Part shown: positions 39,230-52,325 of the stretch, piece after piece | Layout of the letters: each line of letters begins with the position of its first letter | Numbering within the stretch: the stretch's first letter is position 1 | Source: Eledone cirrhosa | Taxonomy: Eukaryota | DNA: 64,000 bases | Assembly (NCBI GenBank): GCA_964016885.1 | Contig: OZ024742.1 | Span: 173,724,001-173,788,000 of the forward strand | Reading direction: 5' to 3' | Notes under the pieces: generated by a model | The model's input: only the letters and a program-made list of their open reading frames with translations | Told to the model about the DNA's origin: nothing | Databases searched by the model: none | Translations under genes and position numbers: made by a program

Positions 39230-42200
39230 GAGTGTTTAAATGTCGATCCTAAACAGTTCGAATTACGGTGAAATGGAGACTAGAATGTCAGGTGCACCCT
39301 GGCTCAGCAGCAGGGACCTGGCTGTCAACCAAATACTGCTGGTGTCGGAGGAAGAAGAAGAAGGAAAGGGACCAGAACCAACTGGACGAAAGAATTGAAT
39401 AGAACTGTTATGCAATGTTACCTGAAGAGTAACCCCAAGGAGAAAGGCTATAGGAAACGCATGCATAACATCTGGAACGAGATTGGTCTATTTAAATTAG
39501 ATGAACAAAAATTGGCCGGGCAGGCTCGGGTAATAAGAACTGATGGGTGGATAAGCGAGCTGGAACTGGAGGAACTAAGCAGAGAGATTAGCTTGGAGAT
39601 GGAGAGTGGAGTATGCCAGGCAAACGAGCCAGTGGGAAATGAAGGTGAAGAGGTCGAGAGAACGGAGGAACCCCCCGAAGCAGACAATGATTTGAATACT
39701 GAGATAAATAATACCTGGAACAGAGATATGGCCATTAAGGAGATGAATGCTGACGGGCTAGGACAAGATTTGGTTGATATCCTAAACTTAGTGGTAGATG
39801 AATTGAACTATGATAGTGGGAGACCTATGAACCTAAGATTTGTAGACAGGAAAAAGTTAAAAGAAACAACAGCTAAGGTAAACAAAGTCATCCCATACCT
39901 TGAGGCGAGGAGCCTTCACCAGTGCAACAATATCCTCAAAGCAACAGCAAATACGGTGAGGAAACTACTTGGTATAAAAGCGAGAGGAAACAACAGACAA
40001 GAAAGAGCAGAGCCTTGGTGGAAGAAACGACTGAGTGGTCAAATCTGGGAAATGAGAAATGATATTGGAAAGCTTGAGTCCCTACTGAATGGGACACTAA
40101 AAAACATAGACACTAAAAATAGACTGGAAATAAAGTACAAAACTAGGAGGAAAAAGCTAAATATTATCATAGAGGAGCTGAAGCAACGCATTGTAGCAAA
40201 GAGTGCAAAAATCAGGCGATACGAGAACAAAGTCAGTCAGTATAGACAGAACCACATGTTCGACAACAACCAGAAGATGCTGTTTGGACAGCTTGAAGGG
40301 AAAGAAAGAGGCAACGACTTGATCCCTAGGGCGGAACAAACTAAAACATTCTGGAGAGGAATATGGGAGCAGGATGTTAGACATAATGACCAAGCACTGT
40401 GGATTGAGACAGTACAGAAGGAGATCGGTGAACAGGCACACCAACAAACTGATTTGAGTATCACAGTTGAAACTCTTAGGGGGCAGGCCAAAAAACTAAC
40501 CAACTGGAAATCACCAGGCCCAGATGGTGTGCAGAGGTATTGGATTAAAAATATAACATCCCTCCACCCGAAACTGACAACCATGTTCAATGACTGCTTG
40601 ATGTCAGGTGAGGTACCAGAGTGGTTGACAAAAGGTACCACAGTTCTGATAATGAAAGACCGAATCAAGGGTAATGATGTTACCAACTATAGACCTATCA
40701 CATGTCTGTCCGTAACGTGGAAACTGTTGACGAGCATTGTGTCTGAGGAAATCTACCATCGCCTCCACACAAACAACTTGTTACCGGACGAACAGAAAGG
40801 ATGCCGAAAGAAGTCACGTGATACAAATGACCAGTTACTTATTGATAAGATGGTAATGGGGAATTGCAAGAGGAGACAGACTGATCTTGCCATGGGATGG
40901 ATAGACTACAGAAAGGCATTTGACATGGTGCCTCATTCTTTGGATCACCAAAGGCCTGGAGATCTTCAAGGTGGCAGATAACATCAGACAGTTGTTGGGC
41001 AAAAGTATGAGGTCCTGGGAAACAGAGTTGACATCAACTGGAGAATCCTTGGGAAGCGTGAAGATCAAGAGAGGTATCTTTCAGGGAGATAGCCTGTCCC
41101 CTCTGTTGTTTGTGCTTGCCCTGATGCCCCTGACCAGTGTACTGCGAAAAGTGAGAGCAGGATACAGGTTGGGAAAGGGAGGGCTTACCATCAATCACCT
41201 CCTCTTCATGAACGATCTTAAGCTCTTCGGGAAGAGTGAGAAGGAGTTGGATGTGCTTGTTGACACTGTCCGTATTTTCAGCAGTGATATATGTATGCAG
41301 TTTGGTGTTAGTAAGTGTGGAGTCATTGGGATGAGGAGGGGTAGGTTGAGCAGAAGTAACGGAATCCAGATACCAACAGGTGAGATGATAAAGGAAATTG
41401 ACTCTGAGGAAGGATACAAGTATTTGGGCGTTCTGGAGGCTGATGGCATAAAGAACAAAAAAATGAAGGAATTGTTAAGAACTGAATACATTCGGAGAAT
41501 AAGGAGCGTATTAAAGTCACATCTGAACAGCAGAAATGCCATAAGCGCAGTAAATTCCCGAGCTGTGTCTATTATTAGGTACAGTGCGGGAATTCTGAGA
41601 TGGAATGTTGCTGAACAAAAAAAGAAATGGATAGGAAGACTAGGAAGCTATTGACTATCTACAACATGTTCCACAAGAGGAGGGATGTCGATAGACTCTA
41701 CCTAAGGAGATCTGAGGGTCGAAGAGGTCTTATCAGCATAGAGGACTGTGTTCAGATGGAGAAAAACAACCTACACAAATACGTGAATGATAGTAAGGAG
41801 CCAATGCTCAGAACTGTACTGAAGGAGGGGACAATAGGCCAGGGGATGTCCAAGGAGGAAATAACATCAAGGAGAAAGAGCAGCCTTCAGGAAAAATCCC
41901 TTCATAGTACCTTCTTTGAGAAAACTGAATTTAGAGATCCACAGACATGGAACGGGTTGAGAAGGGGAGACCTTAAAAAGGCTACAGAAGGAATGTTAAT
42001 GGCGGCGCAGGAGCAGGCCCTAAAAACGAAGTGGTTGAAACACCATATTTACAAGGAGGAGGCTAGCCCACTGTGCAGGATCTGTGGAGAGAGAGAGGAG
42101 ACTGTGGCTCACATTGTATCCGAGTGTAAACACCTAGCCCAGAATCACTATAAAGGCTGGAGACATGATGTGATGGGCAGAGTGATCCACTGGTACCTGT

Positions 42201-42720
42201 GCAAAGTAAACAATTTACCACATTCTGAGAAATGGTATGAGCATAACCCAGAGGCGGTGATGGAGAACAATCAGGTGAAGGTGCTGTGGGATTTTAGGAT
42301 ACAGACGGACAAGAAACTGGAACACAATAGACCTGACCTGGTGTTGTGGACAAGGAAAAAGATCGTGTCTGATTGTGGATGTGGCCTGCCCAGTCGACAT
42401 GAGAGTGCAAGAGAAGGAGAGGGAGAAAATTAACCGATACCAGGACTAAAAGTGGGAGGTAAAAAGGATTTGGAACTGCCATGAAGTCAAAGTGATCCCG
42501 ATTGTCATAGGCGCACTGGGGACTATCTCCAAAAGTTTCCAGGGATGGTTAAGGAAAATCGCCCCCTTCACGCTTTTTGGAACGCTTCAAAAGGCATGCT
42601 TGCTGGGAACAGCAAGAACCCTCCGATACGTCCTGAATATCTGAGACTGCAGGTAGTGGCTTGATATTCATTCCAACGGACTTTCCTGTTAACTAACATC
42701 AATGACTGAGACTCAAGGAG
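39230..42720 (+). mobile_element. R4/Dong family Y, near full-length with frameshifts
   Basis: N-terminal VMQCY..GYRKRM..EQKLAGQARVI domain; [37 protein letters not shown] and RLE across ORFs 39395-40981, 40920-41654 and 41627-42433; (AAT)n tail. Confidence 0.92.
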
Positions 42721-42763
42721 TAATAACAATATTAATAATAATAATAATGATATTAATAATAAT

Positions 42764-45700
42764 GGTTTCTTTATTGGCCACAAGGTCTGACATCAAGAAA
42801 AACATTACAGACGGCACAGGACGGTAGGGTACGGTACGATGTGGGTTTTGTGCGTGTAAATCTTTTTATTATTTATATAAGAAAAGAAAAAAAGGACATA
42901 GAAACGTATATATATATATAAACAATAAAAATGAAAATTGAAACAATGAAAAATTCCCCAATAGGGGGGAAACCTCCGAGGGTTACGCATGACGAAAACC
43001 ACACAAAAGACCACGGCCACCCTGACCACCAGGGCAAGTGCCCTCTCTCAATTTTTCCATCTCTCAAACTACAGACGTATATTCAAAGTGGTCCCGTTCA
43101 CTCGGTCCATTCTCGCTACATTCACCCACCTTTCAACAAACTTGCTAGAAAGCAACACTTGCTTCCCCACCCTGATTTTCCTCTTCAAGTGAAACTTGAA
43201 AAAGTTAATTAGGGATTCGCCGAAGAGGAAAGGGTCTGTCTCTAACCCTTTTAACCTTGTGTACCACACAATATCTTTCGCCATGGCCACTAGGCAGATG
43301 AAAACCGCCTGCCCTTCCTCCTCGAAGGAAGACGGCGAGACCATCTGCACAATGGACTCAACCGGATCAGCCCCACACGCGACAGCAACTGTTCGACATA
43401 GCTCCACAAGTCAGCATTGCTCGGGCAATGAACGAGTGCGTGCTCAACCGTTTCGTCGCTCTGCGCGCATCTCGGACAGGCTCGGCTGACGGCACTTCCA
43501 TACCTGTAGAGCTTATCTCGAACCGGCAGCGCTCCCCGGTAGCACTGCCAGGCCAGGGATTTTTGGAAGTTATCCATATACCCCGGGCTGAAAGTTCTCC
43601 GGAAGAGAGCAAACAGCTGATCTTCTTCGACGCCCAGGATCTCTCCGAGAATGTCATCGCTCTTCCCCTCCACTAGTCCTCTATAGAACGCCGAGGTGGA
43701 TGTGCCACCAATACTGGTGCCCAGCTGGGAGAGGGCAGTGAGCGCCTGGAGACATTCCAGTTTCCAAGCGCTATCCCTCGGTCTTTTTCTGACCCAGGAC
43801 TGCAACTCCGTCAAGGAGACGAGCTGTGGGAAAACGTGCCTGGCAAACGGCGACCACACCCGTTCACCATCAAGGAAGCACCAGAGATGTCGCAGCCTCA
43901 GCGCATGTTTGCGCATCATCAGCCATGGCATGCCCAGTCCTCCACGCAACGGGTGTTGACAGCAGATGGATCGTCTGACCATGTGGGTGCGTCCCCCCTT
44001 CCACAAAAAGCGGAAGAGGAGGCCCTCCATTTTGGTGAGAGTCGGGCTGGAGCAAGGGACGACGGTGAGGCGGTAGCAGATGACGGATGCGATGTACGCA
44101 TTCGCCACCTCCGCCCTGCCTTTCAGGGACAGCTTCCTCTCAGCCCATTTATGGGTGAGGGAGGCTACCCTGTTCGTCACCTCGTTCCAGTTTTTCTCCA
44201 ACTAGAGGTCCCGTCCGACCCAGACCCCGAGCAATTTAACCGGTCCGTCCGTCCAACGCCCCAGGACGCTTTCGGACGGCATAGACTTGTCTCTGCATGT
44301 GCCAAGCTGCAAGCCCACCGACTTTTCCTGGTTTATCTTTGCTCCTGTCATCGCTTCGTATTCCTTGAGAGCGCTGCCGAGCATCTTGACGTGCCTGGTG
44401 CTCGACACCACCACGGTAACGTCGTAAGCGTAAGCCGACTCGGATTTCCCGCATCCTAGTTCGTGTGGAACCCCCCTCATCGCCGCTAGTTTGTGCAGTA
44501 ACGGCTCGAGAGCCAATACGTACAAGAGGGACGACGAGAGGGGCAACCCTCGCGGACTGAGAGCATGATGCTGAACGGCTGCAACAGGTGACCGTTCACC
44601 CTCACAACTGAGCAGATATCGCTGTATATTGCTGCGATCCAACCCCTGAAAACGGGCCCTAAACCGGCTGCCTCGAGGACCGCCGCCAGGTACCGATGGT
44701 CGAACCTATCGAATGCTTTGGATTGATCCATGTTGATCAGGGCCCCACCCGAGCCAGGTTCCTTAACGACCCTTTCTATGATGTATCGCATGTGGTGGAC
44801 GTTGTCGTGTATGGATATGTCTGCGCCTCTCCCACCAGTCCCTTGACGACAAGCGCCAACTGCGCTGCTAAAACCTTGTCCAAAACATTGAACTCTGCGT
44901 TTAGCAGGGTTATGGGCCTGAAATTATCGATAACATCCCCCTTGTTCGGATCTTTTCTCAGCAGCGCCACTGCTCCCCCGCTCACAAAACTGGGAATGCT
45001 CCCGTTCTGCTGCCAGTTGCAGTAGACGTCTGCCAAGAGGTCGCGCAAGAAGTCTGGCATAAATGCATAAACTCGTAGAGCCGACCATCCAAACCTGGCG
45101 ATTTACCCCTTGTGCAGTTAGCCGTATTTCACCGGCTGTTGTTGGCTTTTCGCACACTGTGCTGCGGTCGTCGAGAGCCGAGGCAGTCCGTCGAAGCATG
45201 CACTGAAGTCCATGCCCCGATCCGGGCCGTCGCCGCTCCCGAAGAGTTCAGCAAAGTGCTGCTGAAAAGCTTCACACATCTGCTCGGGTTCGAGCATCAC
45301 GCACCCGTTTTGGTCAGACAAAAACCGAATTGTGGCTTCGTTTCCACGTAGCGCCTCTGCCACCCGGGCCCATTGGACGGCTTATTAACTCCTCGTGTTT
45401 CAGAGCATGCGCTCTAGCTCTGAAAACGCAGCCTTCGTGTTTTGCATTGAAGAATTCGTCGAGTGCCAATCTCGCCGCAAGCACGTCGGTTGCGATGCCT
45501 GTCCTAAACACCTCTTCTAGCTTTCTGAGTAGCTCTCCCTCTACTCTATTTTCCTCTATCACAACTCCTTTGCTAAACCTAATCGACTCTACTATAATTG
45601 CCCTTTTCAGGGCGAACCACCACCTGTTGTTGACGGCCGCTCCCGTCAACGTCCGCTTAACTAATACGCTAATCCGGTCTATGTAGGCTTTGCGCGCCGG

Positions 45701-48075
45701 GAAAGACGCGTTCAGCTTCCAGTAACCAGGCCCTTGTCTATGAAGTCTGTCTATGTCGATCTCACAGATCACAAATTTATGGTCTGTGTAGTCGACTATT
45801 TTAAATTGTGGACAACTTATACTAGCCTTATCTAGTTCTTTGCAGAATACCCTATCGAGATACAATCTGGATGACCCGATGCGGTTTGTCCATGTCCACA
45901 TTGGCACATTCGGGTGATCCAGTCGATACCTGTCAGACAGTTCAAAACGTCTGAGCAGGTTGGTGAGGCTTTTGCACCATCCTCCCCTATCCAATAGCCC
46001 CACACAATCCCAGCGTGCATCCAAGACACCGTTCCAGTCGCTCACTAACACTAAAGAGCGGGACGTTCCAAGAAAGGTCTCTAGACGTCTGAAGAAATCT
46101 GACCGTCCTGCCCCTGTCGGGGCGTATACGGCTACTAGTCTGAAAGCATTGCCTTCACTGCCGGTCACGTCCAGCACCACCAACTTACCTTCTGGGTCTA
46201 GGAAGATGGCCCGTATCGCGAGATCCAAGCCTCTCCGAAAAAGGACGGCAACCCCTCTCCCCGATCCTGGACGGCTGGGAGATGCGTAGACATGGTAGCC
46301 GCCGAAGATCGGTGCGAAGGCTTCTGCTTCGGAGATTCTGGTTTCACAGATGACCACCACATCTATGTTTAGTGACCTGAGGTCGTTGAGCAGGTGACCC
46401 TGCTTCCAAGATGACCGCAGGCCACGTGCATTTATACTGCCTATTCTGAGTACGGCCATGTAGGATGAGAAACGGGGCAAGTGAGAAAGGGTCACTTACC
46501 TTGATCGTGTGGTGAAGGGACAGTAGAACCGTCTTTTTCGCTGGTCATGGGTGTTTCCAAGAGGATGTCAGTGTATATCCTCTAGGTAACCGACCCTCTG
46601 AAGTCTCCTACTGCCTTGAGGAATTTTTGTTTTAAAGGTTTGTACTGTTCTATTGAGATTTCAATGATGCTTATGTTTGTCGGGAGAGTTCTTGGTGTTT
46701 GTGGGGTGTAGTAGTTTTTTTCTGTGATGTCTGTGTGCTCCTTTATATATTGTATGAGTACTTTTTTCGCCATGTTTATGACTGTGTACTTTTTGGGGGG
46801 AGGGGTTATTTTGTTGCTGTTTGTTGTGTGTTGGTGTTTTTTGGTGATGCTGGTGGTGGTGTGGTTGGTGTTGTCAGTGGTGCTTGTGGTGGTGATGGTG
46901 GTGGTGTTGCTGTAAGTTTCCTTGCTGCCTTTACCCCCCTTTGTAAGCCTTCGCTTTTGAAGTGTGAATCTAAGGGTTTTTTTTCTTTTTTCTGTTTTGT
47001 GGCAGACGGTTTGCCACTTCACTCCCGCCTCAAACTTCATGTCGGATTCCGTGGCGTCTGTGAGGGGTATGTGCTCCATGGCTGTTGATGGCGGTAATGG
47101 AGCCCTCTTCGGCAATTTTCTTGCTGGTGTAGCTAATTCAGATGTCGCTATTGGTGTTGCCGCCACTGATGATGATGCTTTAGTTGTCCGTGGCCTTGGT
47201 ACGGGTGCTACGGACGTTGCGCTCCTACTCACCGTGGAAGGGGCTTCTGCGTTTGTTGCCTGCTCTGCTCTTGGTAGCAGCGGACCAGGTATTGAAAGGA
47301 GAGGGGCCTTCTTCTTCGCTGTCTTCTGCGGGAAAAAGGCCCTGAGGTGACCCTTCGACCCACAGAGATGACATCTTGGCCGTCTTCCTTCTACACTTAT
47401 AGGGAGTTGGAGTCCTTCCTCGATGTCTATGATATCGGGGATAGTGTCGATACATTCCTGGTCAGTTTGTATAAGCATTTGCATGCCTCTACCTGACCAG
47501 TTCTCTCTCCCTATTGTTTCTACTTGCAGCATGGTCGTCCTGTGCAAGGACAGACGCGGCCAACCAAGGTATGGGCACGTCGATTGGGACCTGGGTAACT
47601 TTGACCCTCACAATTTTCTGCCCGCAGTAGGGGGGCACCAAGACTATCTCCTCACTCTTTAGGGTTTCCAAAGAGTGAGACTTTACCTCCTGGGGGGTGG
47701 CGAAAAGTACGTCTACTGTGGGGTACTTTCTGCCTCGGGTTATGTGGGTTTTGCGTGCCCAGAAGCACCCCAAGGTCCTTTTGGATCTGAGCCTCCGTGG
47801 CTCTCTCCACCCGATGTGAGATTTTGCTTACGGTGTGGTAAGTCACCGTCCGTAGCTGCTGGTCCTTGAAAAATATCGGGTGGAGGTTTCAGGGAGACTC
47901 TACTGGCGCTTCTTTTCACAATGGCCATTGCGACTGCCATCTCCTCCTCTGTGACTACCACTGTCTCGATATTTCGGGCGACACCTGTAAAAGAACTGTT
48001 CCCTTTTTCAGCAGCACCGCTATTGCTGCCGCTACTGGTCTTACTGGTGCTGCTGAGATCGCTATTACAGATAAT
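42764..48075 (-). mobile_element. Tx1-type LINE copy B, more decayed, 5' truncated in ORF1
   Basis: ORF2 pieces 45314-46495, 44202-45363 and 43069-44201 are homologous to copy A; ORF1 CHLCGSKGHLRAF; tail-to-tail with family Y across (AAT)n. Confidence 0.92.
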
Positions 48076-48351
48076 AACTAGACTCAACTCTCAGAAAATT
48101 AGGATCCATAATATCCTGTTATATCGCTCAAATATCCAATTTTGTATTATAAATTGTATATTCAAAAAAAGAAAATGGTTATAAATGGAAGAAAACCCCT
48201 TCTGTCTACACCACTATATAGAACAGCCAAATGACAGCAATTTCACCAACACCACAAACTAGATACACCACCTATCCCATTACCCCTCTGTGTACACTAA
48301 ATACAACAGCCAGATAACAGCAATTTAACCACCACCACCACCAATCCCAAC

Positions 48352-49905
48352 AAACAGAGACCATTGATCATATAATTTCAATGTGCAGTCCTATAGCTCT
48401 AACCGTATACCTAAAAAGGCATGACAGAGCTGCAAAATACATACATTGGATAATGTGTAAGCATTTTAACCTGCCCCAGGTTAAGGAAGGAATGTTACCG
48501 CAGAGTAAGAGCAATATTAAGGATGGAATTGAATGCAAGGAATAGGATCGATGCCATAAACACGCTTGCCATACCAGTAGTAACCTACAGTTACAATGTC
48601 ATCAACTGGTCAAGACCAGAGATCCGTAGGCTCGTTACAAAAATTCGAAAATTCTTAACCATGCACAGAATGCATCACCTTAAGGCAGATACAGATAGAA
48701 TATATCTCCCTAGGAAAGAAGGAGGACGTGGGTTAATCCAGTTAGACATTGCGTTGAAAACTGCAATAATTGGATTATCTACATATCTAAGGGAATCACA
48801 TGATTGGATGATCAAACTCGTTTTGAAACACGAAAGCATCAAAAGATCATACTCCATTACAAAAGATGCACAAAGATACAGTAATGGACTACAAATTTCA
48901 GAAGTCCAATTTACTGCTGAAATGTAAAACACAAAAAAAGCAAAGCTGGTAGAAGTAACTGCAAAGAAAGAACTGCTACAGAAACTGGCTAAGAAATGGC
49001 AAGAAAAGCCTCTGTATGGAAAATAAGCAGAACGAGATAACAATCCTGATGTTGATAAAACTTTAACCCATCAGTGGTTGGCATCCTCTGGACTGAAATC
49101 GGAGACTGAAGGACTGATAATATCAGCACAAGATCAGTGTCTGCCAACAAAAAAATACCAAGCCAACATAATAAAAAATGGATGCAGCCTATTATGCCGT
49201 GTATGTAAAAAACAACCAGAGACCATTGACCATATAATTTCAATGTGCAGTCCTATAGCTCCAAAGGAATACCTAAAAAGGCATGACAGTGATGCACAAT
49301 ACAGACTTTGGATAATGTGTAAGCATTTTGACCTGCCCCATCAAAAGAATTGGTGGGAGCATCAACCACCTCCCATACTTGAAAAAGATCACATCTCAAT
49401 CTTGTCGAACTTTAGCATCCAAACATACCGAAAAATAGATGCAAATAGACCTGATATAATACTAAAGGACTTTAAAAAGAGGGTATGCCTGCTAATTGAT
49501 ATGTCTGTTCTAATAGACAAGAATGTATCTATAAAAACATTTGAAAAATTGAGCAAGTATAAGGACCTGGAGATAGAAATTGGAAAAATGTGGAAATTGA
49601 GAACTAAAACAATACCAGTGGTTGTAGGCGCTCTAGGAATGATACCTAAGGGGTCTAATGATTACTTATCGCAAATCCCAGGAAACCCGCGTATAGGAGA
49701 AATACAAAAGATAGTACTAATGGGAACTGCCCATATACTAAGGAAGATTCTGTCAATATAAGTACATCACAAGTCTAAACACCTAAAGATGCATGTGTGT
49801 GTATGTATGTTCTTTCTTGAACATGGCGGACCTTGTTGTCTCTTGAGGTCACTGGTTGTGACTTGGTGATAACTTGTATGAACATAAAGCAAGATAAATG
49901 CAATT

Positions 49906-49907
<2 letters not shown>
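48352..49907 (+). mobile_element. Family X copy 3 (5' truncated, with stops) and an extra out-of-order 5' fragment
   Basis: 48483-49907 matches 34900-36320; 48352-48478 matches ~35630-35758; (AAT)n at 49908-49973. Confidence 0.9.
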
Positions 49908-49952
<45 letters not shown>

Positions 49953-50135
49953 TATAATAATAATAATAATAATAAACTCATATCTGTATATATACAGAGT
50001 GGATAACCGAGACTACGCCAATATGTATATAGATATACATATTTTTTCCACATGTAAACATGCGAGAAAATGCGAATTTCCCTATGAATTGAAAACAAAA
50101 AGGATAAACACCTTTAATCGATTTGTATGTAAGCA

Positions 50136-50167
<32 letters not shown>

Positions 50168-51827
50168 TGTGTGTTTGTATGTACGCATGTATATATGTAT
50201 GCATGTATGCTTGTATATATGTATGCATGTATTATGAGTGTATTATATATGTATATATATATATATGTGCGGGGCGTGTTCTTGTGTTTGTGATTTACAT
50301 TTTATTGTCGAACTTTCTAATTGGCGATTTTTATTACCATTCAGTTTTATTTTAAGAACTATATTGTACTACGAGGTTAACTGCTAATGAAAACTCTATA
50401 GATAATGAATAGAACAAGGATATGGTCAGAATGTGGAAGAGCTGTACTCCTACTGTCATCGCCTCCATCTCTGTCACCCTCCCCATCTCTCTGAATGGTG
50501 AGCAAATGGGGTCCCACGTGCTGGCCTCCACACAGCCCCGACAGACAGAAAGGAGCATGCGTTTCCCTGGAGGATGGTAAGGGAGATTCGCTGCAAGAGC
50601 CATTCTAACTCGTGATGTCCCTTATTTTAGCTATTCGACTAAAAAGCGATAAAAATATGAGTACTGGCTTCCAGGTGATCGAACAAATCCCTTTAGATCA
50701 GTGCCCCCGCTTGGCCGCAGTCTAAATAAAAGAATACATGAATAGATTAGAGGATGAAAGGAAAGAGAGAACAATATGTTTAGAAGGAATTTAAGAACAC
50801 ATACATTATCGAACATCATACATTAATATGATTTTCCTACTATTTTTCCACCACCCTCACAAAGGTTATCGTCTGCGTAATTTGCTGAAAATCAATAGAT
50901 GAAAGAAGAGATGTGTCGTTGGATTTAAAAGGTTAAAATTTAACTGAAATATTTAATGATTCGTCAGAAACTAAAGAAATGTTTCAGATTTGAGTCTTGA
51001 ATTGTTAAAAGTTTTAATTTCTCTCTTGGAATAATCAATGGCTTTAATCAAAACAATTTGATAGAATTATCGATAATGATACTGATACTGACTGGGATGA
51101 TGTTAAGAACTACAACAACAATAACAACAAAATCATATACTAATATGATAATCATAACTATATCAATGATATTACTAACATAATTTATTTTAAATGTATT
51201 TATTGGTTATTTTTGTTATTTTTCTTTTTTTTCGTTTTATTTTCTCTTATCTTCTCTTCTCTTCTCTTTTGTTTTGTTTTGAAATAACAATAGCAATGTA
51301 GTTTCATTTAAATATTCTACTATTATCAAATATTGAATTTTGTTATAAAAATCAATGTTTTAGTTGAATAATCAATCAAGGTGATTGATTTAGTAATTTA
51401 AACAAAGGTGAGTTGTTGATTGGATTAATTATGAAAGAAACAAGTTCCTGTTTAAATAAATTACTCTTGAAATATGCAGTAAACAAGAACAAAAACAACG
51501 CGTCAAAGTTAGATACAAATGTTGCACAACTATAACTCTACCTTATTCAGTTAAACATGCTTTACTTTCTATCCAGCGTTAAACTTTATTCAAAGTATAT
51601 TACAGTGTTGAATATATACTCGTTTATTCTTTTGTTCTTTTGCTTGGTACCGTCATTACTGTGCCCATGCTAGAGCAACGCCTAGAAAAGATTTTTAGTT
51701 AATGACATACATTAAATCCAGTAAGTAATTACTTTAAGTCTGGTACTTGTTTTATTGATCACTATTCCTCAAATCGCAGTTTGTTTACTAACGTTTACTC
51801 ACAAAGTATTGGGCAACATGACGCTAT

Positions 51828-52325
51828 AATAATTAGTTCTACTTTTGGCACAAGGCCAGCAATTATCCCAGTGCATTAATTATACTTTATTTTATCGACC
51901 CCGTAGGGATGAAAGGCAAAGTTAACCACGGCGAGATTGAACTGAGACCGTAAAAAACTGCAACTCTAAGCTGCAAAGTATGGCGTCTGACCCTCTACCG
52001 ATACTGCCAATCCACCGCCAATGACGCTATAATGATTGTTTCTACTTTTGGCACAAGGCCAGCAATTACTTAGTACATTACTGGTACTTTATTTTATCGA
52101 CCCCGTAAGGATGAAAGACAAAGTTAACCTCGGCGGGATTTGAACTCAGAATAGCAAGGGCCGTAACTCTATACGTCAAACCATGGCATCCGACCCACTA
52201 CCGATACTGCCAATCCACCGCCCTATAATAATTGTTTCTACTTTAGGCACAAGGCCAGTAAATACCCAGTACTGGTACTTTATTTTATCGACCCCGTAAG
52301 GATGAAAGGCAAAGTTAACCTCGGC
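51828..52325 (-). mobile_element. Three head-to-tail SINEs
   Basis: Copies ~51828-52020, 52031-52223 and 52225-52325 (partial), separated by ATGACGCTATAAT/CTATAAT. Confidence 0.9.

Noticed and set aside
51828-52325. Regularly spaced repeats as a CRISPR-like array
   Set aside because: Units are ~190 bp SINEs with TSDs, in a eukaryotic context with no cas genes.
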